From contig OZ024742.1 of NCBI GenBank assembly GCA_964016885.1, positions 178,870,001 to 178,934,000 on the forward strand: a stretch of 64,000 nt of DNA. Direction: 5' to 3'. Each line of letters opens with the position of its first letter. The stretch's first letter is position 1. The position numbers and the translations under genes were made by a program. The stretch is from Eledone cirrhosa. Taxonomy: Eukaryota. Positions 13,749 to 27,885 of this stretch are shown piece by piece. The notes beneath the pieces are model-generated. The model did no database searches and was not told where the DNA came from. It was given only the letters and a program-made list of their open reading frames with translations.

Positions 13749-14429
13749 GTGTATTATCATTTCTACATATTGTATTTAAAACAGCTCAGGATTCCTTTTC
13801 CTTTGAGCACATAATTTACAGGGAATAACGAGAGTCTATGGCTCCGTTAATTTATCTTGATATTTCGCTCCTTATAACAGTCTTTCCTCTCTCTGTTTGG
13901 TTGAGCACATCTCTTTGAGTGGTTTTGGGTTGCTATTTCTAGCAACTCGTCCCTCAGATACTGCTGGTTCACTTTCCTATGCAGGCTGTCACATCTCTCT
14001 GCCACGTGTTGCAGGACGGTTATCTTATATTTTCTTAGAGTTGTCTGGAATGTATTTGTCTTACACACGCTGATGAACCATAGGCGCTTCTATTTCAGTC
14101 AATAATTTCCTGGCGAAACAGATCCCTTTGGATTTGTATGTGTGTGTTATATAGTTATAGAGCTGCGTATGCGCATTTTAATTTATATTTTTAATTATTG
14201 TGTGTCTACCCTGCCTTCCATAGGTTATAGATCCCATACACTGGTAGCTTCCCTGTTTTATTGATTTCACACACACACCCTCTTTCTCCCCCCCTCTCTC
14301 TCTCTCTCTCTCTCTAGTGTGTTACCATTTCTACATATTGTATTTTAAAGAGCTCAGGATTTCTTTTCCTTTGAGCACATAATTTACAGGGAATAGCGAG
14401 AGTCTATGGCTCCGTTAATTTATCTTGAT

Positions 14430-14430
<1 letters not shown>
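13345..14430. mobile_element. Inverted/tandem pLTR-like element containing (GA)n, hammerhead at 14063-14145 (+)
   Basis: ACACACG-CTGATGA-ACCA...TGGC-GAAA-CAGATCC cttt GGATTTG-TA-TGTGTGT; 13345-13661 is antisense to about 14093-14341; tail duplicated at 13775-13862 and 14345-14430. Confidence 0.8.
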
Positions 14431-14487
<57 letters not shown>

Positions 14488-14488
<1 letters not shown>

Positions 14489-15115
14489 ATTAGAATTTAG
14501 CTTTGAACATAGCTGTATAAAATATGTATTTGAATTTCGTATTTCTAAAGAAAAACGGTATGTTTCTAAATAAATATTTAGGAACCCATAGCTATGAATA
14601 ACACACTGGCAACTAATGCCACCAGGCGGTGCCTGGCAGAAGGAAGGGCGACAATCGTCTATGCATTTCGAACTCAACAGGTTCTTGTCAGGATAATGCC
14701 TCCCATTCTTGCAACTGCCGGATTTTGAAAACATGTGAAAATATATAGTTTTTCGTCTGTTCAAATGAAGTGATTAATCTCATTTGCATATGAAGCTGTA
14801 TAAGTTGGCTCAACTTATAATAACATTATAATTATAATTATAATTATAATTAAAATATATATTTTCGCCTGTTTTCAAATTCCGGCAGTTGCTAGAGCTG
14901 GAGAGATCGTCTTGACGAGAACCAGTTGAGTTCAAAATGCATCGACGAGTGACCCCTTACTTCTGCCGGGCACCGCCTGGTGGCATTAGCTGCCAGTGTG
15001 TTTTTCATAGCTATGGCTTCTTAAATGCTTATTTATAAACGTACCGTGTTTCTTTAGAAATACGAAATCCCAATACATATTTGTATACAGCTATGTTCCA
15101 AGCTAAATTCTAATT
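14488..15115. mobile_element. Older ~630 bp palindrome with a decayed hammerhead in each arm
   Basis: Plus 14907-14948: TCGTC-TTGACGA-GAAC..GTTC-AAAA-TGCA-TC-GACGA. Minus about 14654-14696: CTGACAA-GAAC..GTTC-GAAA-TGCA-TA-GACGA. The consensus of the two is canonical. Confidence 0.75.
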
Positions 15116-15138
15116 ACACACACACGCACGCGCATAGC

Positions 15139-15193
<55 letters not shown>

Positions 15194-15467
15194 TATGGGT
15201 GTTGTTTATTTTTTGTGTGAGTGTATGTACACATATATAAAATCTATAAAATGCTCGCTTTGTGTGGTCCACACAACCTACACACTCCACGCTACGCCAC
15301 TGCTCACGCAAACCCTAATATCTGTAAATTCAACTCAACATTCAGTTTTTTTCACAGATTAAATATCTTATTTCTTTGCTTCTTCATATTTAAAAAAAAG
15401 TGGAAGTAGAAAAATAATGAGATCGATGGGACGAAGGAGAGGAAAAGAGATTATGAACCACACTTAC

Positions 15468-15676
15468 TTCAATCCGTTCTTCCTTCAGTTCAACTTCCAT
15501 AGCCAACTTTTCTCTGAGCAAAACATCCGGGTAATGTGTCGTTTGGAAGGTGGCTTCCAACTGTTCAAGCTGTTCTTCGGTAAATATCGTCCGATGGCGG
15601 CGCTTTCGTTTGGCCGTCAAAGGTATTTGGTCAGAACTGTGGCAGCTTTGTACATTTGGTAAAAGCACTGGATATG
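15468..15676 (-). CDS. gsc: goosecoid, internal exon (homeodomain helices 1-2)
   Basis: ttttgtag|CA-YPVLL...[48 protein letters not shown]|gtaag; [19 protein letters not shown] is the Gsc signature; intron at the canonical E|VWF position. Confidence 0.93.
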
Positions 15677-15790
15677 CTACAAAATATAAATAACGCAAAA
15701 ATACAAATAAAGGAAGGAGTGCCGGATAGCGTCCATTTTAGAATTTTTTTTCCCGTTAGTAAAATAAGTTGGATTACTTTGAGTAAATAA

Positions 15791-15980
15791 TTGTTTCTAC
15801 AATTAGCACAGGGCCAGCAATCGTCCCAGTGCATTACTGGTACTTTATTTTATCGACCCCCGTAAGTATGAAAGGCAAAGTTAACTTCGGCGGGATTTGA
15901 ACTCAGAATGGCAAGGGCCGTAACTCTATGCGTCAAAGCATGGCGTTCAACCCTCTACCGATACTGCCAATTCACCGCCC
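15791..15980 (-). mobile_element. tRNA-derived SINE with 13-bp target site duplication
   Basis: TSD tttgagtaaataa at 15778-15790 and 15981-15993; the empty site is visible in the paralogous segment near 20890. Confidence 0.9.
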
Positions 15981-16943
15981 TTTGAGTAAATAAGGAATGA
16001 ATATTATGTAATTTATCTACTAAATTTCGTAGCTCTTCATTAAACATAAATATTCTTAAATATAGAGTATTGCTTATTCTAAAATTCACTTCTTTAAAAT
16101 TTTCAAATGTCAACACTTCCGATTAGCGTCCGTTATATAATAACACTTATTACATCGCTTATATAAACGCTAATATATTTGCATCGGTATATAAGATTTA
16201 TATTTAGGTCACTAATTTTCTACTCTTTCGTTTTCCTAACAGTTTAGTTTATTATATATGCAGTTTATATATAATATAATCTTTTTAAATGTATCATGGA
16301 TTACTTTACTGATTACAGAAGAGAGTGTAAGACAGACTTCGTTCAATTTCTGTGCATATTATCAATTATGATTTCATTTGACGTATCATATCTAGATGCA
16401 TATAATATTTGCGTATAATATCAATATGCATACTACACATGCTAGCAGAGAACCACCCGAAGGGTGGCTTTTCTGCTAGCTAATTTTAATAGACACAAAT
16501 CTTCTGAATGTTATATGTTAGAGCATTAAGAATATTGTGATGTAAATACTTTTCTTAAAGACAAGTCAAGTTAAATTATTTAAACTGTGTTTTGAAGTTA
16601 TGTTGCAGTATTTCTAAGATTTTTCCTGTTATTATCCGGCTTTTGTAAAGCATGAAAGAAGCATATATGATATAGCCCTTTGAATTAAAGGTACAGTTCA
16701 TTCAATGGGCTTCCATATATTTCCTGTCTTTGTTACAAAGACAGGAAATAAATTCACAAGGCCTGGATCGACATGAGGCTATCGTAAACGAGATTGGAGC
16801 AAGATGTCATGCAGAGGGATTGATCCGGTGTCTTATAATTGTGAAGCGAACTTTTTACCCAGTCGACTATGCTGTGTCCACACCTATATTGTACAATATA
16901 CTTCTAGATATACATATATACTTCTCTCTCTCTCTCTCCTTCT

Positions 16944-17553
<610 letters not shown>

Positions 17554-17844
17554 AATTGGGACTCTGAAATAGCGATATATATATGAATGTATATAAAGTG
17601 TATTTTGCAATACACTGTATGCTTAATTAAAAGCATTTCGAAGACCTTACGCTATTGTTTTCCAGTAGTCACAGTCTCACTTACTTTAAATTTTCAGCAA
17701 ACAGGGGAGATAAAGCATTGTTTGATTCTTATAGAATTTCTCCTGTTTGCTGAAAATTTAAAGTAAGTGAGACTGTCACTACTCTAAAACAATAGCGTAA
17801 GGTCTTCAAAATGCTTTTAATTAAGCATACAGTGTATTGCCTAA

Positions 17845-18614
17845 TCTATATATATATAAAACTGTGGTTGTCTGTCTGTCTATCGATTTTTGGCACACAT
17901 CTCCTCTTAGAATCTCTCACGGAATTGCACCGAAATTGCTATACTTGTACATTGAGCCCTAGCGAAGACATCGGAAAAAAAATATTTCAAATTGACCCAC
18001 CCTATGTGACGAAATCGAATATAATGTATCGATTTTTGAGCGTAAGTTATCAGTTATTTCCCTTTGTTCTGTTTACATTGAGCGTCTTACGTAAAAAATT
18101 ACGCTGGCTTTCTCAGCGTTTAAAATGACATTAACACAATACGTTCGAACACTAAGCTTCCGTTTTGCTTCATTTCCATTTAAAAGCATTTTAAAACAAT
18201 ATTTTTACTTGAAAACAAGTCTATTTAAAGACTACGTAAAACAAGCAAATATTTCAGGCGTGCAGACAGACAGTCGTGCAGAGAGGTGATATAGGCGTGC
18301 AGACAGACATAACTGATAATTTGGTTACGCTAATGTTTTTCTCTGCGTTGCAGTGTTTACATTTTCGATCTTTGTTAATAAATAACCAGTGCAGTTTTTA
18401 TCCCCAGCATCCTCTTTTGTTATAACATTCGGGTTATCGTTATGTTTTCTTAACTTCATAAGGCATATTGTTGGTTGAGGGAATATTAATCAAAAACACC
18501 ACATGCAAGTCTGCACAGTAGACATTACAGTTTTTAAGCCAAAAAAGAAACTTAACATTGTAACTTTAACACAGCTACTGAGCGACCCCGAGCAACGCCG
18601 GGCTTTACTGCTAG
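17845..18614 (+). mobile_element. Non-autonomous Helitron
   Basis: 5' TCTATATATATATAAAA, 3' hairpin CCCGAGCAACGCCGGG then CTAG, inserted between A and T of the host element with no TSD. Confidence 0.88.
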
Positions 18615-18779
18615 TACACTATATATACATTCATATATATATCGCTATTTCAGAGCGCCAATTCTAATTTTCAATTTCTGCTTGACCGGCAACCGCTCTG
18701 TATAATCAGTTCCAGATTATTACTAGAAATTCTATAAGAATCAAACATTCATGATTTTCAGCAAACAGGTGGAGTACTT

Positions 18780-18824
18780 GGCTTTGATAAGTACCAATCA
18801 GTACGAAACATAGCTCTGTCAGCT
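18780..18824 (+). ncRNA. Hammerhead motif with U3-A8 variant core
   Basis: GGCT-TTGATAA-GTAC caatca GTAC-GAAA-CATAGCTCTG-TC-AGCT; second copy at 49736-49780 (-). Confidence 0.8.
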
Positions 18825-20219
18825 TTATCTCCCCTGCTTGCTGAAAATTTAAAGTAAGTGAGACTGTCACTACTCTAAAACAATAGCGTAAGGTCTTCGA
18901 AATGCTTTTAATTAAGCATACAGTGTATTGCAAAATACACTATACACACACACATATATATATATATATTGTACATCTACGTACTCTGATGTGTTGACCA
19001 GAGGTAAATAATGTATTGGAGTTCGAGTGACGCAACTTCAAGTGATTAGCGACCTCTAGACTCACCTGATCAACGAAACAATTGTCAGTACTTTAAATAA
19101 AGCCCCTTATTGTGCAGCCATGTTACTCTTCATTCTTGTACACCATGTTACTCTTCATTCTTTTCTATATATTGTACACTCTATTTCTAAATATACAAAT
19201 CTGGAATCGCTTCAATCGTAGGTCTTCTTGATCATGGCTTACCTGGAGCTAAACAATCGCAACAACAAAAACACAATCACCACCATATCTCATCATTATT
19301 AGTTTGTATTTACAAATCCGACATTTACAAACAGATCTTAAATTAATTCAGTTAATTCTTCTAATTATTACTGTAGATTCTGGACGAATTGTAATTAGTT
19401 GAATTTTAACACGTACACATTTTGAAACAAACAAGATGAATGAATAAATGAACAAATAAACACATAAAAATTGCAATTTATTTTTAAATTTGGTGTAAAT
19501 GTATTATTATATTTTGTAAATAAATACATTTTAATTAAAATATTTATTAACTTAAAACGATCAGGAGATAGAATAGAACATTTTTGAAGCCAATAAAAAT
19601 AAAAATAGAAAATAAATGAAAACTAAAAAAAATAAAATAAAATAAATAGAAAACATATGCACAAACACAATAATAATAATCATAATAATTATGATAACAA
19701 CAACAAATATTTTGAAATTATAAGCAGCATAAAAATAAAAGGAAGACGAAGCAAGCAATAAAGTAGAAACCTGTAGAATGGAGGAAGGATAAGAGAAAGA
19801 AAATATGCCTGAATTTATTTGGTGGGAGTGGGTGGTATCTTCATCACGATGATGGATAATTCGAATCTTGTATGATAATTAAACAACTTAGAGGATCTGT
19901 TTAATTATTTTGATAGAATATTTTCTTTAAAAACAAGAATCATATTAATCAAGAGAGAATTATATTTCCAAACGAAGCTTGTTGAATGCTAATTAAAAAT
20001 TAAAATTATTGTAAAAAAATAAAATAAATGAAATAAAATAAAAACAAAAATAAAAATATATATAAAGCTAAATCAATAAAATGAGGTTTATAATTTCATT
20101 AAATTCTACAGCAATAGCAAATTCATTTTTCCTCATCTATTGATGTTAATTAAGAAATGTAATGAGAACAATACCAAGAACAACGGTAAAACCAACAGGT
20201 AAACACAGAAACATCGTTA

Positions 20220-20332
20220 TCAATAACATCATCATCATCATCACCATCATCACCACCATTATCCTCCCCATCATCATCATTATCAATAACACCATCCTCA
20301 CCACCACCACCACCACCACCACCACCACCACA

Positions 20333-20366
<34 letters not shown>

Positions 20367-20385
20367 TCACCATCATCATCATCAA
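20220..20385. repeat. (CAT)n/(CAC)n microsatellite
   Basis: Seen directly. Confidence 0.9.
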
Positions 20386-20745
20386 TTTTTTTCTTTCCTT
20401 TTCATTTTTATTTTGCACTTAGCACTATTTATAAATTCTGCCCACATATACTCATATGTATAAATATAATTTATATTTATTTATCTATATGTAATATAAA
20501 AGAGAGATGTTTCTTGGTTGGCTGGTTGCTTGGTTGGTTTAATCACACGAAAATTACACAGACACACATACATAGACACACACACATACATAGACACACA
20601 CACATCTAAAGAGAGAGCGAGAGAGGAGGGGGGCAGAGAGAGAGAGATAGGCTGTTATACAGAGAGAGGTACAATTAAGGTGTTAGATATCCAGATATAT
20701 ATAAATATAGAGAGAGAATGGCAACGAACGCTGGTTTACACACAC

Positions 20746-20802
<57 letters not shown>

Positions 20803-20871
20803 TACGTATCTTAACTATAACAAAGAAAGGAGTGCGGGACTGAGTCCAGAATATATTTTGTTACCACGTTT

Positions 20872-21297
20872 GTAAAATAAGTTGGATTACTTTGAATAAA
20901 TAATGAATGAATATTACATAATTTATCTATTAAATTTCATAACTCTTGATTAAATATATTTTATTGCTTATTTTAAGATTCACTTCTTTAAAATTTTCAA
21001 ATGTCAAGACTTCCGGTTATATCGTAACACTTATAAAAACATCTCATATATTTCCGTCCTTAATTTACTCTTAATGCAGTTTATAATATCGTTGTTTTTT
21101 AATGTATCATGGATTACGTTACTGATTGCAGAAGAGAGTGTAACATAGATTTCGTTCAATTTCTGTGCATATTGTCAATTACGATTTTATTTCATGTATC
21201 ATATCTACATGCATATATATTTGAGTATCATATCAATGTGCACACTACACATGCTAGCAGAAAAAAAAATCACCGTAAGGGTGGTTTTTCTGCTAGT
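20872..21297 (+). repeat. Diverged copy of 15759-16480 (without the SINE)
   Basis: Collinear similarity from gtaaaataagttggattactttga to ...tttctgctag. Confidence 0.85.
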
Positions 21298-22082
21298 ATA
21301 TATAAAGACAGAGACAGAGAGGGAGATATGCGTGTTCTTGTTTGTTTCGCGGCTCGCGTCTCTAAAGAGTGAGTCAGAGAGAGAGAGAGAGAGAGAGAGG
21401 GAGGAACACATAACTATGTTAGACAACGCTATGCTATACATGAGAGGGGGAACGAAAGTAACTATTAGCAGAGAAAGTGAAAGATAGACTCTGTATGTTT
21501 GTTTCTGTGTGCATGTATGTGTGCGTCAGTGAAGATGTGTGTGTGTGTGTGGCGTCCCACAATAGATCAAAGCATCAGCTTTACACGAGTCATTGAAAGT
21601 TAGGTGATTCTAACTACAACATAAACCTATTTTACAGAACACAGAAAAATTGATACTATTTGAAAGTAATCTACGGTGTATATTAAATTAGCTTTTTGAG
21701 GAGGATAATGTCATATTATAATTGACCTAATTCACATGACAGTGTCAACCGAAGGCTGCGATTTGCATTTATTTCTGTTTTGTTTTTTTATATTGCTTTG
21801 TAGCATTGCAGGGGCCCACAGTAGTATTGCAGGGCCTACTGTAGTATTTTAGGGGCCAATGCTTATCTTTAAAAAAATACCTGAAGTTTAAGAGAAAGAA
21901 TAAATTAGAAAAGAAAAATAAATAAAACAATTAAGCAAATCATTTGGTCAACCAATTCACCAGGGAAATAATAGAAACCAAAATATATGATAGTGCAAAT
22001 AACTGGAATCAGTGTTTGAACATTCTCCTAAATCAGTGTATGTTTGTCATGCATGCAAACATACATATATAGACACACACAA

Positions 22083-22134
<52 letters not shown>

Positions 22135-22149
22135 CGTGTGCTTGTATAA

Positions 22150-22191
<42 letters not shown>

Positions 22192-22345
22192 TTACACAAA
22201 CACACGAACTACTGACCAGATAATGTTTGGTATCAATGGGTTAAAGACATCTGTCAAATCAATTAGTGGTGACGGTGGTGTATATCTTACAATGAAACGT
22301 TTCGTTTGGGAAATGAGATCTTTAATATATCTCATATAAAAAAAT

Positions 22346-22533
22346 TGTTTCTACGTTAGGCACAAGGCCAGCAATTACTCAGTGCATTACTGGTACTTTA
22401 TTTTATCGACCCCATAAGGATGAAAGGCAGAGTTAACATTGGTGGGATTAGAAACCAAGATTGGTAAGGTCCGTAACTCTATACGTCAAAGCATGGCGTC
22501 CGACCCTCTACCAATATTGCCAATCCACTGCCC
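22346..22533 (-). mobile_element. tRNA-derived SINE
   Basis: Same family core; TSD tctcatataaaa. Confidence 0.85.
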
Positions 22534-22686
22534 TTCTCATATAAAATAATACAGCCAATTATCCACACAATACAATATCGTTAGCACTCCAAACGTTTAA
22601 TTGGGAATATACTCCGGTATTTCCTAATGTTTGTTGAGTGAGTTGGAAATTGGTCGGAGTATCGCTATTAGCTTTCTCCGTTTATG

Positions 22687-22733
<47 letters not shown>

Positions 22734-22734
22734 G

Positions 22735-22810
<76 letters not shown>

Positions 22811-22936
22811 AACTAAAATAAATGATTCCAGTTCCTCAGTGAAATAACAAACCAACCAGGAACTGGGCATATCAGAGTATTGACAAAGTTAAACACCTCA
22901 ACAACATGTGTACTCGTCTCTACCACACTAATTCGG

Positions 22937-22991
22937 ACTGCCTGAAGAGGTCATAGCCAAAGATGGCTGTCACCGAAATATATATAGCAGT
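22937..22991 (+). ncRNA. Minimal hammerhead ribozyme motif
   Basis: ACTGC-CTGAAGA-GGTCATAGCCA aaga TGGCTGTCACC-GAAA-TATATA-TA-GCAGT; relative of 17309-17364 with a changed loop and N7. Confidence 0.88.
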
Positions 22992-23139
22992 AATAAACGA
23001 AGCCAAATTTTAAATATTTGACTTATTTATTTTAGTTTATTTTACATTACTCCGGTGTAACCAAACCAACCTGCGCACTTCGTCGAGTGCTCCAATCTGC
23101 ATACTGAGGTGTTGGTATACAACCAACATATACTAAAAA

Positions 23140-23176
<37 letters not shown>

Positions 23177-23186
23177 CGGAAAAAGA

Positions 23187-23267
23187 CTTTCCTGATGACG
23201 GAATGATTTTCTATAAATTTCTTCGGAAAATATATTTACTCCATTCCAGAAACTAATTAGTTGGAAG
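23187..23267 (+). ncRNA. Hammerhead ribozyme motif
   Basis: CTTTC-CTGATGA-C-GGAATG...CATTCC-A-GAAA-CTAATTAG-TT-GGAAG, in a ~140 bp island between (TA)n tracts. Confidence 0.8.
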
Positions 23268-23313
23268 TGATTTTTTAGTAAGTAAGTTAATTTTATAATT
23301 TTCTTATTTTACG

Positions 23314-23436
<123 letters not shown>

Positions 23437-23561
23437 CGGAGAAAGCTTTTTAGCGATACTCCGGCCAAATTCCAACTCACTCAACAAACATTAGAAAATA
23501 AGTGATTATATTCCCAATTATGCGTGGAAAATTGGGTGTATTATTTCATATGAGACATATC

Positions 23562-23634
<73 letters not shown>

Positions 23635-24254
23635 AGTGGAAGGTTAGTTAAATCGAAGTTATGGCGGTGGCCAAGCCAACGAGTTACAATTAGGTTTGCA
23701 CAAAAGCACTCAATAAGAATGTATCGATGAATCGATAGGCTGCACCTTAGAGTAATTAACATACGTTAGATAGCGTGACAAACTGAAAACTGCGGCAAGG
23801 AGGCAAAGCCACATAATTCACAAAAAAACGAAAATACAATCAGGTTAGATAACAAACCTGAACCGTACCGAGGGGTTTTATGCAATACCTCCGATAAGTT
23901 TCTATGAATCCACAATCAACAATCCTATTTGTGCAATATGCAAGTTTGTGGTACTTGAAGACTGAAACGCGGACTCACGTTATCAACAGATTTTCGTTCT
24001 CTGCCTCAATCCGGTGTGAAGCATGGTAGTAGGCCGCTAGTAGTAGCAGTCACTGTTTCGCTGTCACGTGTTTTTTTCCCCCAACAATGGAAATAATCCC
24101 CGGGCTTTTGGCGGGCAAATTCAAAGAGAGAAAGAGAGAGGGGAGGGGGAAGAAATGAGGTGCAACAGAAATGGAACATGGATTACAGGTTAAAATATAG
24201 TCTAGATAGATGAGAAACAAAACGAGGATATAGTTTATGAAACACCCAAATGAT

Positions 24255-24715
24255 TTAGAAGTCGACCTTAAGTAGGCGCAGTAACATTAAGAAAGACATG
24301 AACAACACCTCATCATTTTGTTTTGAAAATTTTGAAAGTAGGTTTATAAGAATGAATTTTTATAAGATATTCATTGTTGTCTCAGTGGACTAGCCGTAGG
24401 TACCAGAGACGGTGGAGATCCTGGCCTTTGGTTCAATCCTGGTCAAGAGGTGCATGTAATCTTTTTCAGTTTTTATTGTACATCCCATAGAAAAAAACTG
24501 AAAAGGTTTAGCGGGAACCTTACTCCCGACCAGGATCGAAATTCAGACCAGAATAACCACCGTCTAAGATTCCTCCAACTAGGCCGCCGAGACAGCTACA
24601 AAAGTATAATGAATGTTAATAATTATAAACCTACTTTCAAAATCAAAGTTATAAAGATATGGTGTCGTTCATGGCTTTCCTAGAGCTCTTAGTAATATTT
24701 AGGGTCGACTTGTCA
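24255..24715. mobile_element. Diverged palindromic element with convergent tRNA-like arms
   Basis: ttttgaaagtaggtttataa / ttataaacctactttcaaaa and aagtcgacc / ggtcgactt mirror each other; each arm has A- and B-box-like motifs followed by a T run. Confidence 0.6.
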
Positions 24716-24804
24716 ATCTTCTGGCTCTTTGGTAACAACCTAATTATTCCTATGTGTGTTTAACTGTTGAATTAATTTAATTTGATTATTTTAACAAAGA
24801 AATA

Positions 24805-24846
<42 letters not shown>

Positions 24847-25337
24847 GCGGACTGGCCAGGTTGCCAGGTTGCCCAGTGGCGAGTGGGCCCATGGAAGCTC
24901 ACGGTAGCATTGTAGGGGCCCACTGTAGCATTGCATGTCCCACTGTAGTATATTAGGGGCCAATGCTTAGCTTTAAAAAAATACCTGAAGTCTAAGAGAA
25001 AGAATATTTTTTTTTAAATAAAGAAAACAATTAAGCAAACCATCTGGCCAATTAATTCCCCAGGTTATTACTAGAAACCAAAATATATGATATACGTAAT
25101 AGCAAATAACTGGAATCAGTGGTTGGACATTCTACTAAATAGAAAGCTTAGTGTATTCATTCATGTTTACATGCCAACACAAGAGCAAAAACGAGGGTCT
25201 CATTCTACTGATATGGCTTTAAAAATGAGGCTGTTTGCATGATTGCAAACGAATCGAATATTATTATTAATATTCGAAAAACTCAAATTACATTTATTGT
25301 ATTCAGCCATGTAGAGCGAGAATTTATGTTTTTATTT

Positions 25338-25368
<31 letters not shown>

Positions 25369-25637
25369 GACGAGTCCAGAATTAGCCGTCGAGACGGCTT
25401 GAGCTCAGCCGTCGGGGTCCTACTCGTTCATATTACCCACTCTACTACCCTAAGTATTGAGTACTTTGTGCGTTATGGTCCATCTGGTTCCTTACCACAT
25501 TTCCTTCGTTATATATATATATATATATATATATACTTACATATTCACACAAACTACTGACCAAATAATGATTGGTATCAATGGGTTAAAGACATCTGTG
25601 AAGTCGATTAGGGGTGAAGGTGGTATATATATAGACG

Positions 25638-25687
<50 letters not shown>

Positions 25688-25947
25688 GGAAATAATGAAA
25701 TTTCATTTCTCACTCTTAGTACGACGGCTGATACTTAAATGTAAGCATTAAACGTACATACATATATACATACAGACGTAGAGTAGTATGTATATACATA
25801 CATGCACACATATATATATATGTACGTATGGGTTTACCGAACATTTATTATAATGCTCGGTTTATTTATAAACAAACAGCCCGAATTATTAGCCGTACAG
25901 TGTTCGGCAACCATCGGTGCCCTATTTGTTCAACACTGACAAAGGAA

Positions 25948-25988
25948 CGATGAATTAGTTTCTAGCTTATTAGCTGTCATCAGCACCG
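25948..25988 (-). ncRNA. Minimal hammerhead ribozyme motif
   Basis: CGGTG-CTGATGA-C-AGCT aata AGCT-A-GAAA-CTAA-TT-CATCG; relative at 59007-59047 (+). Confidence 0.8.
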
Positions 25989-26191
25989 TATACCCTCCTG
26001 TCAGTTGATTGAACGTTTGAAAGTATATACTTTCCTTATGCATATATATACACATACATACACACATACATACACACATACATATACATATATTTATATA
26101 TAGGGACTTTTGTACAAGTGGAAAACATGTTATGTTTACATATATATAAATCTATATATACACATGTACATGCACACATATACACGCACTC

Positions 26192-26249
<58 letters not shown>

Positions 26250-26255
26250 GAGTGC

Positions 26256-26316
<61 letters not shown>

Positions 26317-26519
26317 AACGACTAGGACCCGACGGCTGAGCTCAAGCCGTTTCGACGGCTAATTCTGGACTAAAATGATTTTAGTCCAGAATTAACCGTC
26401 GTAACGGCTCGAGCTCAGCCGTCGGGGTCCTACTCGTTCCTATTACCCACTCTACTACCCTAAGTATTGAGTACTTTGGTGCGTTATGGTCCACCTGGTT
26501 CCTTACCAGATTTCCTTCG

Positions 26520-26603
<84 letters not shown>

Positions 26604-26967
26604 AGTGAGTGTGAAAGACCAACGGTCATTATTGAATGTCTCTGGATTTCGCAAAATACATAATACCTTTTATTGGACAGATTGCACAGTTTTGTTTCCA
26701 CTTATGTATTTTTTGAAAATGTTATTTATTCATTATAAAAATTAAATGATACCATTCTATATGTAGGTGGGACCCCTTCATCTCCTGTAAACTAATATTT
26801 TTAGACCCAGTCTGCCACTGTGTGTGTGTATGTGTGTGTGTGTATGTGTGTGTGTGTGTGTGTGTGTATATAGATATGTATATATATATGTGTGTGTGTA
26901 CATATGCATGCGTACTTTTATGTATCAGGTGTGCTCGAGCGAGAAATAAAATTATTATTCTATATAC

Positions 26968-27141
<174 letters not shown>

Positions 27142-27244
27142 CATACAAATATATATATATATATATATATACGAATGAAAAATGGCGTGCTGTATTTTTG
27201 CAATTGTGTTATACAAATTAAAATGGAGAATTAGAAATAGAAGC

Positions 27245-27529
27245 CAGGACTATCCATCATCAGTGCTCTACTAGCCATCGCAGGTATTTCTTCGCATTAA
27301 AGACCAGATACCTCAGGCTAGCGCTAACAATAACTAAAATAAGTTATTGGGATAAAAAGAATTGGGTGGAGAAAGAGAGACAGGTAAACAAGTCTCACTT
27401 TCTCCACCCAATTCTTTTTATCCCAATAACTTATTTTAGTTATTGTTCCCGCTAGCCTGAGGTATCTGGTCTTTAATGCGAAGAAATACCTATGATGGCT
27501 AGTAGAGCACTGATGATGGATAGTCCTGA
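27245..27529. mobile_element. Palindrome ending in hammerhead 5' halves
   Basis: Arms about 27246-27374 / 27398-27527; each outer end reads CTGATGA-T-GGA tag TCC-T-G and is then truncated. Confidence 0.65.
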
Positions 27530-27660
27530 TATATATATATATATACATGTATAGAGTGAGAAAGAGGAACAAAAAGAAAGATAGAGAAAGAGAGAATTAG
27601 AAGCAGGTAAATGCGAATCAATGCTACAATGCCGCATCGTATTTTAAAATACACACACAC

Positions 27661-27798
<138 letters not shown>

Positions 27799-27842
27799 AT
27801 TATATATATACATATGTATATATATATTTAAAATATTAGGCG

Positions 27843-27881
<39 letters not shown>

Positions 27882-27885
27882 ATAT

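Larger units (their letters stand above)
17551..18942. mobile_element. Family D inverted + tandem pLTR element (interrupted by a Helitron)
   Basis: 17551-17705 is antisense to the downstream arms; the unit is repeated to 18942; uninterrupted relative at 49566-49990 (-). Confidence 0.75.

Noticed and set aside
15390-15698. ORF-track 102-aa ORF as a complete protein
   Set aside because: Both ends are intronic; the true exon is bounded by AG/GT at 15676 and 15468.
19905-19945. Minus-strand MILVFKENILSK as gsc eh1 motif
   Set aside because: Immediate stop codon, no donor site, poor match to FSIxxIL.
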